A stretch of DNA of 32,415 nucleotides. Origin: a virus. Taxonomy: Duplodnaviria; Caudoviricetes. The first letter of the stretch is position 1; each line of letters opens with the position of its first letter. The translations under genes were made by a program, and so were the position numbers. Location: IMG/VR virus record IMGVR_UViG_3300033475_000112, positions 1 through 32,415 of that record; one strand, given 5' to 3'. Positions 26,434 to 32,415 of the stretch are shown piece by piece. The notes under the pieces were generated by a model. The model was not told the DNA's origin. It searched no databases and saw only the letters and a program-made list of their open reading frames with translations.

Positions 26434-28088
26434 CCGCTCAACCCCGGCATGGCATCGCTCAATTCATCGTGCTTCGGCGGCTGCCACTCTTCTTCCACAA
26501 CTTCAATGACCGGCTCCCGTTCGGCATATTGACCGCGGCCGTAAACCCGGTTATAGGCGTCCTGGTCCAGCTGCGCCTGCCAGGCATCATCATCGGTCAT
26601 TTCGAAGCCATCGGCGGCGATCGATGCCGGCAGGCAGGCCGCCACGCGACTCACAACCGATGCAATCTCTTGGTCCTCGACCATCCCGAAATGATAGAGC
26701 TGCCGAAAAACCTCCTGGGCGTTCTGGATCCCGTCAGAGAAAAGCAGTCGGCCGGCAATCAGGTGAGGTTCCGCGCTCTTGATGGCTAGGGCGCGCGCGG
26801 TCGAATCCTGCAGATACTCCATCCACTGGATCTCGATGCGCCAGGCATCCTCGAGAGCCTGGTTGCGGATGTGCTGCTCCATCGATCGCGCACCAGGTGT
26901 TTCCTCGATCTGGATCCGGTGTGTCTCCCATTTGCGGGCCAGGCTGATCACGCACCGCGAAAGGGCGGTGGGGGTGAATGTGTCGCGCACCACTTCCATG
27001 ATGGTCATGCGGCCGGCCTTCTCGGCGCCCACGGCCGCGGCGGCATATTTGCACTCGGCATACTCGAAGCGCCATGCGATATGGATCTTGCCGTTGTCCG
27101 GCGTATCGTCGTCGCAGATTTTTGCAGCCTCGAGGCGTTCCATGGGGAAGGTGGGTTTGAAATTGCCTTCGGCGATGTTCATGTATTGCGTCCAGAACGA
27201 GTTTTCATCCAGGTTCTTCTCACTTCTCAGGAAGTTCCAGGACAATTGTTCCGGAAATTGCAAAATCACATCATTTTCGGTCAATTGATCGTCTTCGAGC
27301 TTCAGAGCATGCGGCTTGCGGATGTAGGCAGGCCTCCAGAGCAGGACCCAGCTGTCATCCATCTTCTGAATCATGTCGCCATAGAGGTCCATTGGCCCAT
27401 AGCGCGTACCTGTGAGGTCGAGGAAGCCATGCTCGCCCATCATCTTCAGGTTGATGTAGAAGTTGGTGCGCACTTTGCGCAGGCCGAAAGGCGTCTGCGA
27501 GTTGCGGTTGTCCTGCACATCCTCCGATTTGAGAATGTCCGGATGCCAGCCGCTGAGTGATTGCTCAATAGACACGCCTTTGACGGTGGGGTCGCGGCGG
27601 TATTTGGTCCTCGCCGGCGTGGTGAACTCGCCCGCCTTGGGCATTTTCAGCAGCACGTGTTCTGGAAAGAGCTGGTGGAGGATCTTCTGTGGTGTTCCTT
27701 CGGGGCAATAGAAGTGGCTGGCGACTTCGGCCACGAATGCATCGGCCAGGGGCGAGTCCGGCGAGTTTGAAGCCGTCATCACCATCACCGCGATCTCCGG
27801 GAAACAGAGGATCCACTGCACGGTGTCCGCGATGTTGAAGCTGGTTTTGTAGGTTTTGCGCGGAAGGAGAATCATCCGCTTGTGCTTGCGATGTTGATCC
27901 TCGATCGGCTTCGATGGATCTTTCTTGATGAAGACGTCGGCAACTTCGCGGTGCCAGCGATCACTCACCTTGTCATAGCCGAGCACATATTTGGTGAGCC
28001 AGAACAGATCTGTTTGCGCGCGGTGGCGAAGCTCATCGCGATAAGCGGAATCCTCGCCGATGCGTGCAACGTCTATCGCGTTTGTCAT
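26430..28088 (-). CDS. terL: Terminase large subunit
   Basis: Walker A variant LLPRKTYKTS, Walker B region GWHPDILKSEDVQD, coupling motif TGTRY...DLY, QYMN linker; upstream of the portal. Confidence 0.88.
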   Translation of the reverse strand: MTNAIDVARIGEDSAYRDELRHRAQTDLFWLTKYVLGYDKVSDRWHREVADVFIKKDPSKPIEDQHRKHKRMILLPRKTYKTSFNIADTVQWILCFPEIAVMVMTASNSPDSPLADAFVAEVASHFYCPEGTPQKILHQLFPEHVLLKMPKAGEFTTPARTKYRRDPTVKGVSIEQSLSGWHPDILKSEDVQDNRNSQTPFGLRKVRTNFYINLKMMGEHGFLDLTGTRYGPMDLYGDMIQKMDDSWVLLWRPAYIRKPHALKLEDDQLTENDVILQFPEQLSWNFLRSEKNLDENSFWTQYMNIAEGNFKPTFPMERLEAAKICDDDTPDNGKIHIAWRFEYAECKYAAAAVGAEKAGRMTIMEVVRDTFTPTALSRCVISLARKWETHRIQIEETPGARSMEQHIRNQALEDAWRIEIQWMEYLQDSTARALAIKSAEPHLIAGRLLFSDGIQNAQEVFRQLYHFGMVEDQEIASVVSRVAACLPASIAADGFEMTDDDAWQAQLDQDAYNRVYGRGQYAEREPVIEVVEEEWQPPKHDELSDAMPGLSG

Positions 28089-28420
28089 TGCGGCCCTGGA
28101 AGCGCGTCGATTATTTTTTGGTCGATCGATGGCTTCACTTCGAGATCGACGACGCGGCCGTAGTCTTCCCAGGATGGCCAGTCCGCATATTGACCGATGA
28201 CAACGTCCTTGAAGTCGATAACGATTTGGCCACAGTGCGGCGGCATCTCTCGCATCGGGTCATTCGTGAAATAGACGGCCGTTGGCGACTTATAAATCAA
28301 GTCAGCTGGGCGCCAGAGGCTGACCCATGGCGTGAGCAGCTCGCGGATCGGCGCCGGTACAGCTGAGCCGGCCGCCAATCCTGCAAGCATTCCTAAAAAG
28401 CCGCGTCGCGTGGTTCCCAT
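28085..28420 (-). CDS. Small protein with twin-arginine (Tat-like) N-terminus
   Basis: MGTTRRGFLGMLAGLAAGSAVPA; starts directly after the upstream TAG; ATGA overlap with terL. Confidence 0.65.
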   Translation of the reverse strand: MGTTRRGFLGMLAGLAAGSAVPAPIRELLTPWVSLWRPADLIYKSPTAVYFTNDPMREMPPHCGQIVIDFKDVVIGQYADWPSWEDYGRVVDLEVKPSIDQKIIDALPGPQ

Positions 28421-28744
28421 CTACATCATCCCCGCTGCGCCGCCGCCCTGTTCTGGTGGCGCCGGAGCTGCCTCTTGTGATTCCATCTCGCCGGCTGCCG
28501 GCTGATCGCCCATATGCTCTTGCATGTGCTCCTGGGCTGCCTCCACATCGGGGAGCACGTGTTCCTCCATGTGGTGCGGCGCGTGATCGCTGCCAGGTGT
28601 TCCGGTGTGGCGGTGGACGTGTGCGATGACTCCTCCGTTGCCGGCGCGCTCGTAGTGCACGCCATGCGTATGCAGTTTTGGCCCCTCGCGTTTGCCTTCT
28701 TTCTTGCCGCCCAGGGCCTTTTTGATCTCGTGTTCCTTCGCCAT
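28421..28744 (-). CDS. His-rich small protein
   Basis: GAGGAG SD; basic N-terminus, many His residues, acidic tail. Confidence 0.7.
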   Translation of the reverse strand: MAKEHEIKKALGGKKEGKREGPKLHTHGVHYERAGNGGVIAHVHRHTGTPGSDHAPHHMEEHVLPDVEAAQEHMQEHMGDQPAAGEMESQEAAPAPPEQGGGAAGMM

Positions 28745-28757
28745 GTCGCTCCTCTGT

Positions 28758-28850
28758 TCATTGGTGGAGATTCATCCAGATGCCAACAAGCAGACCGGCG
28801 AGGGCAACGGCATATGCGATTGCGTTGTCTCGCCGGTCCCATCGGGTCAT
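28758..28850 (-). CDS. Putative 30-aa single-pass membrane peptide
   Basis: Hand-translated MTRWDRRDNAIAYAVALAGLLVGIWMNLHQ*; fills the gap between 28856 and 28744; weak SD. Confidence 0.45.
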   Translation of the reverse strand: MTRWDRRDNAIAYAVALAGLLVGIWMNLHQ

Positions 28851-28855
28851 TGTCT

Positions 28856-29440
28856 TTAGAATCCGATCTCGAAGTTCTCGAGGTTGCCGATGTTGAGATC
28901 CGCGGTGCCAAAGGTGAGGCCCACGGCAAAGTAGAACGCGGGATCGGTGGGCTGCACAGGAGTGACGCCGGCCGCGCCCTGGTTCTGCACAACGTTGCTG
29001 CCGTTGATGCCGGCCAGCTTGTTGGCCAGCGCTGCGCTCGCATCGTAGAGGTTGTTCACCAGCTGGTTGAATACCCCATGCAGGATCCCGCTCTGCGAAT
29101 CGAACTGGAGGATGGCTTCAATCCACCAGGGAGCATACGTGGTGGCCGCGATCGCGCGCGCCGTGCCCGATCCGAGCAACGTCCAGTTGGCCGCGGTAAA
29201 GGGAACCGCGGGAACCACCAGGGCTGCATAGAGCGAGGCTTTCAGCGTATAGGCGCCGGCGACGTAGGCGTTGCCTTCGGCCCGCACTCTGAATTGCTTT
29301 CTTTCAATGGCCAGCTTGCCAGGCGCGGCCAGTGCGGTGGGGAGGGCTGCGTTGGCGAGCTGCGCAAAAATCTGCGAGTTGCCGGTGTTGGCGATGACGG
29401 GGGCGGAGGGTGGGGTGCGACGAATCGCAATGCTGCTCAT
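28856..29440 (-). CDS. Beta-rich hypothetical protein, possible virion protein
   Basis: AGGAG SD; Ala/Gly/Asn-rich with beta-strand patterning; first gene after a ~96-bp intergenic gap. Confidence 0.7.
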   Translation of the reverse strand: MSSIAIRRTPPSAPVIANTGNSQIFAQLANAALPTALAAPGKLAIERKQFRVRAEGNAYVAGAYTLKASLYAALVVPAVPFTAANWTLLGSGTARAIAATTYAPWWIEAILQFDSQSGILHGVFNQLVNNLYDASAALANKLAGINGSNVVQNQGAAGVTPVQPTDPAFYFAVGLTFGTADLNIGNLENFEIGF

Positions 29441-29536
29441 TGTCGATGTTCTCCTGTAAAGGAACTCGGGCTCATTCCAGGTGTGGCCTTCCCGTCAGAT
29501 TGCTCCATGCAGGCAGCATTCCGCAAGTATCGAAAA

Positions 29537-29866
29537 TCAAACCGAGATCGATCCCAGGTGCGCTTCAAGCGGTGATGCGCCGCCGGAATGGCTAGCCTCA
29601 GCCGGCTTTTTCTTCGGCCCGCGTTTATTGCCTGTCTTCCATCCTCGCTTCACTCCCAGTGTTTTGCGCCAAGCAGTGAAGAGCTTGCGTTCTTCCGGAG
29701 TACTCGGCCGGTTGCAGTTTCTGCATCTGGTCATGTCGCGAAGCTGGCGACGTGCATTTTTGAGATCCTTCGCGTGAGCCTCGCTGCAGGTGACCGCTTT
29801 GCGCGTCACGCGCTCAGGTGAGATTGGATCGCCACAGATTACACAATGAAAAACAATATCCTTCAT
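29537..29866 (-). CDS. Zn-finger basic protein (possible late regulator)
   Basis: AAGGAG SD before the ATG at 29866; CVICG...TCS..H and CRNC motifs; Lys/Arg-rich C-terminus; follows rusA. Confidence 0.65.
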   Translation of the reverse strand: MKDIVFHCVICGDPISPERVTRKAVTCSEAHAKDLKNARRQLRDMTRCRNCNRPSTPEERKLFTAWRKTLGVKRGWKTGNKRGPKKKPAEASHSGGASPLEAHLGSISV

Positions 29867-29874
29867 CTGCTCCT

Positions 29875-30405
29875 TTAACCTTCCTCGACAATTTCGACCC
29901 TGATATGCACACATTCAGGGCTTCCATAAATTTTGTGGTGCTCGTCATCGACAACCTGGCAATCATCGACATAGAGCACGCCTGTCAGTGCATCCATCGT
30001 GGCGCGCGTTAATTTGTCCAGGTCTGGTTTGCAGACTGGCCGCGATCGCGATGCTGGCGCATATTTAGGCCGCTTGAGCACAAAGGTCACAGCCACACGC
30101 ACGGGCACATCATGGCCTGCGAAAATCTCGTGAACACCTGCAGCTGCTCGAGCATTGAGGGCCGCATATCCGACGGCGCGGCGATAGGGATGGGTGCGCG
30201 GATTGTCGCTTTTGAAGACGGTGCGCGGTGATCCATCTGCAGCCAGGATGGAAATGCCGCGCATGCTGCCCTGAGAAGCCGGCGCACAATCGACGATGAA
30301 TTGAATAGCCGTTGGTCGCGTCAATCGATCGACCGCTGCCTGAGCATTCTGCCCACGCTCCACGAAGTCTGTCCATGCCTGGCGTTGCAGCTTATCCCGG
30401 CCCAT
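29875..30405 (-). CDS. rusA: RusA-family Holliday junction resolvase
   Basis: PASQGS, F.L.RP and KPDLDKLTRATMDALTGVLYVDDCQVV catalytic motif; GAGG SD before the ATG at 30405. Confidence 0.92.
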   Translation of the reverse strand: MGRDKLQRQAWTDFVERGQNAQAAVDRLTRPTAIQFIVDCAPASQGSMRGISILAADGSPRTVFKSDNPRTHPYRRAVGYAALNARAAAGVHEIFAGHDVPVRVAVTFVLKRPKYAPASRSRPVCKPDLDKLTRATMDALTGVLYVDDCQVVDDEHHKIYGSPECVHIRVEIVEEG

Positions 30406-30425
30406 TTCGAACCTCTTTTGCAGTA

Positions 30426-30456
30426 TTGACAAGATATACCACTGCTATACCATTGC
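30426..30456 (+). promoter_or_regulatory. Sigma70-like promoter overlapped by an 11-bp tandem repeat
   Basis: TTGACA (30426-30431), 16-bp spacer, TACCAT (30448-30453); TATACCACTGC-TATACCATTGC at 30435-30456, in the divergent intergenic gap. Confidence 0.65.
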
Positions 30457-30460
30457 GTGC

Positions 30461-30700
30461 ATGCCAAAAAATAACGCTCGCCTGAAACCTCACCCTTTGA
30501 TCGCGGAGGGTATTTCGACCCGCGTCTACTTCCGAGACCATGAGCAGATTGCGCTGGTGCGCCGAGCTGCAAAACACCGTGGCCTGGGTTTCAACCTTTT
30601 CATCCAGCTCGTGCTCCAAGCATCCGCCGAGAAGGTACTGGCCGGGCCACCGGAAGTTCTCGGAGTCGACATCAAATTTCCCCCACAACCAAGCGAGTAG
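30461..30700 (+). CDS. Ribbon-helix-helix type transcriptional regulator
   Basis: Alternating beta-strand STRVYFR, helix EQIALVRRAA, RG turn, helix FNLFIQLVLQAS; first gene of the divergent unit. Confidence 0.65.
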   Translation: MPKNNARLKPHPLIAEGISTRVYFRDHEQIALVRRAAKHRGLGFNLFIQLVLQASAEKVLAGPPEVLGVDIKFPPQPSE

Positions 30701-30804
30701 CTAGCTGCTCCGAGCATTCTCCTGGACGCTTTGCGGTCATGTTTCGGACCGATTTGCGCTCATGCTCCAAGCATTCCGTTAGCACTAGCCAAGGATCAAA
30801 TTCG

Positions 30805-31872
30805 ATGACTTCCACGTTCAATCCCAAAGTTGACATCTTCATGCCCATCATTGTGGGCCGCTACCTTCAAGAAACAGCCGATCTAGATGCCTCTGAATCA
30901 GGGGCTTATCTGCATCTGCGTATGCATTTATGGATCAACGGGCCGCTTCCAAACGACCAGGCGAAGCTGGCTCGGATCGCCAAGATGCCGGTCGATGCTT
31001 GGAGCATTGCGGTTGCAAGTGTTATGCATCGCTTCTTTTTGGGTCGCGACGGCATGTACCATCACGCGGATCTTGAGGCTGAAAAAACGCGCTGGATGGA
31101 TAAACGGCAGAAAGCACACGATAAAGCCGTAAAAGCGGCGCGCGCGCGGTGGGGCAAACATAAGGCGAAACTAGGCGAAGATGCGGCGAAAAAAGACGAT
31201 GCTCCAAGCATTGCTCATGAAATGCCCTATACCTCTACGGATAAAGTACAAAAGCAAAAGCAACCTCACCCACCCCGCTCCACTGCGCGGAGCGGGCACG
31301 ATTCCCGGCCTCGGCCTCGAGCACTTGGCACGAACCCCAAGGCGCTCAAAAAAAATCCCCGATCGCTCGGCACGAACCCCAGGGCGCTTGGCACGAATCC
31401 GCGAGCTGCCGGCCGCGGCGAACCAAAGCGAAAAAATGGCGAAAACGCCGTAAACGCCCCTAGGATGGCCTTGAATGGGCACGGTGATGGGATACATCCA
31501 AAAAATTCTGGCGTGAGCGTGGCAACGGCAAAGAATAAAGTTGCTCCCGGTGCAAATGGTGGTATCCAACCCCCAAAATCGGATTCGAGGGGAGCGGCGT
31601 TCCAGCGGGAGGTTTTTGCCTACTGGAAGGCTCTTAACCCGGAGCATCCAAACTGCCCCTGGGGCGAGGCTGAAAAACGGGCTCTCGATGCCTTCCTTAT
31701 AAGGCTGCCGGATGTGTCATTGCCGGCGTTCAAAAAGCTACTCCAAAATCGCGCGGCTTCCGGCGTTCCTCCCGGCGTTGCACCAGGCAAATGGCTGCGC
31801 AGCTTGATGGACTACTCAGCTGGTCCGCTCGATCGCTTCCACAAGCCGCTTCCTGGGCCTCGCATCATGTAG
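30805..31872 (+). CDS. Replication initiator, DUF1376/YdaU-like
   Basis: FMPIIVGRYLQETADL...ESGAYLHL...W..GPLP.D...LARIA and KAARARW are the DUF1376 pattern; disordered linker and helical C-terminal domain; AAGGA SD before the ATG at 30805. Confidence 0.85.
   Translation: MTSTFNPKVDIFMPIIVGRYLQETADLDASESGAYLHLRMHLWINGPLPNDQAKLARIAKMPVDAWSIAVASVMHRFFLGRDGMYHHADLEAEKTRWMDKRQKAHDKAVKAARARWGKHKAKLGEDAAKKDDAPSIAHEMPYTSTDKVQKQKQPHPPRSTARSGHDSRPRPRALGTNPKALKKNPRSLGTNPRALGTNPRAAGRGEPKRKNGENAVNAPRMALNGHGDGIHPKNSGVSVATAKNKVAPGANGGIQPPKSDSRGAAFQREVFAYWKALNPEHPNCPWGEAEKRALDAFLIRLPDVSLPAFKKLLQNRAASGVPPGVAPGKWLRSLMDYSAGPLDRFHKPLPGPRIM
31321..31404 (+). repeat. Four tandem 21-bp units encoding (A/S)LGTNP(R/K)
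   Basis: Units at 31321, 31342, 31363 and 31384 translate ALGTNPK, ALKKNPR, SLGTNPR, ALGTNPR. Confidence 0.9.
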
Positions 31873-32146
31873 TGAGCATCAGCGAGTAACAACAAACAGC
31901 AGCGAGCATTCGTTCGCCTGGCGTCGGCGCGTTTGTGCCCGATGCTCCAAGCATCGCGTTAGCAGGCGGCGAAGTATCGGGCGTCCTGCGATCGCGGCGC
32001 ATCTGAGCCCAAAAATGCCCGATGCTCCAAGCATTGCGTTAGCAGATGCCATGTATTCGGATCCGCAAGCCGAATGGGCGTCGCCGGCGTTTGGTTGGTT
32101 ATGCTCCAAGCATGTGCATGCAGCACAGAGAAGGAGCGGCGGAAAA

Positions 32147-32415
32147 ATGAAGGATGCATTGGGCAATGAGTTGAAGGTGGGAGACCTGGTGATGTTGAGT
32201 CTTGATCGGCCTCAGGTGTTTGGCAGAGTGACAGACGTACAGGAAGGCGGCCTGATAACCGGCATGCAGAAGGGCAATGCGCAGCTGCGGCCCTCGAGGG
32301 TGACGATCCTGGCCAACCATACGATCGAAGCTGATCCACGTGTGCCAGTGGGATCGGTGGTATCGCTGCGCGATCCGGATGCTGCGAGTAAGCCGGAAGC
32401 AGCGGAGCCCGCGCC
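32147..32415 (+). CDS. Small SH3/KOW-like protein, 3' end outside window
   Basis: Not in the track; hand-translated MKDALGNELKVGDLVMLSLDRPQVFGRVTDVQEGG..., open to the window end; AAGGAG upstream. Confidence 0.65.
   Translation, partial: MKDALGNELKVGDLVMLSLDRPQVFGRVTDVQEGGLITGMQKGNAQLRPSRVTILANHTIEADPRVPVGSVVSLRDPDAASKPEAAEPA

Larger units (their letters stand above)
30611..32113. repeat. Dispersed 13-bp palindrome ATGCT-CCA-AGCAT (iteron/operator-like)
   Basis: Exact copies start at 30762, 31199, 31942, 32022 and 32101; inverted copy at 30995; near copies at 30611 (1 mismatch) and 30705 (2 mismatches). Confidence 0.9.
1..32415. mobile_element. Tailed phage/prophage genome segment, podovirus-like (lysis, tail, head, packaging and replication modules)
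   Basis: Tightly packed co-oriented genes in terL-portal-scaffold-capsid-adaptor-nozzle-ejection-tailspike-lysis order, plus rusA and a DUF1376-like initiator. No host housekeeping genes. No integrase or att site in the window. Confidence 0.97.

Noticed and set aside
104-30012. Many long plus-strand ORFs (e.g. 7293-8159, 8932-9843, 17835-18884, 19354-20511, 28514-29575)
   Set aside because: Antisense shadows of GC-rich minus-strand genes that already tile the region with good SDs; no recognisable motifs.
30461-30700. TacA/DUF1778 antitoxin of a toxin-antitoxin pair
   Set aside because: RHH-like, but no adjacent toxin gene; the GNAT-like ORF is 17 kb away in the virion module.
31936-32113. 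CRISPR array call
   Set aside because: Only two full repeats, 50-bp spacer, no cas genes, and the same core occurs inside nearby coding sequence. Reported as a repeat and finding only.
31879-32339. Minus-strand ORFs 31879-32166, 31959-32339 and 32099-32320
   Set aside because: They run through the repeat array and antisense to the better-supported plus-strand gene starting at 32147.
1-32415. tRNA/rRNA genes, integrase, att sites, diversity-generating retroelement, host assignment
   Set aside because: No cloverleaf, recombinase or reverse-transcriptase motifs, or template/variable repeat pair seen by eye. The host cannot be supported without searches.

Overview
The whole 32.4 kb window is part of a GC-rich tailed-phage (or prophage) genome with podovirus-like organisation. 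No tape-measure or sheath gene is visible. A long minus-strand late operon runs right to left: RusA resolvase, small genes, terminase large subunit, portal, scaffold, major capsid protein, two paralogous head-tail adaptors, nozzle, GNAT-like protein, three internal (ejection) proteins, an Ig-like protein, a SleB-like hydrolase, tail fibre/tailspike proteins, and a lysis cassette (membrane protein, GH24 lysozyme, 3-TM holin cut by the window edge). At the right end a divergent plus-strand unit encodes an RHH-type regulator and a DUF1376/YdaU-type replication initiator, surrounded by copies of a 13-bp palindrome (ATGCTCCAAGCAT). The most unusual points are: (1) apparent export signals on several late-operon products, namely the major capsid protein, the tailspike, a second fibre-like protein and a twin-arginine protein; (2) a four-gene cassette between terminase and portal that includes an Acb2/Tad1-like 'sponge' protein and may be an anti-defence island; (3) a terminase whose nuclease domain seems to lack its catalytic aspartates; (4) an Ig-like gene with two in-frame starts and a duplicated beta-strand. 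All family calls come from motif recognition and gene order, not database searches. The host cannot be determined from this window.
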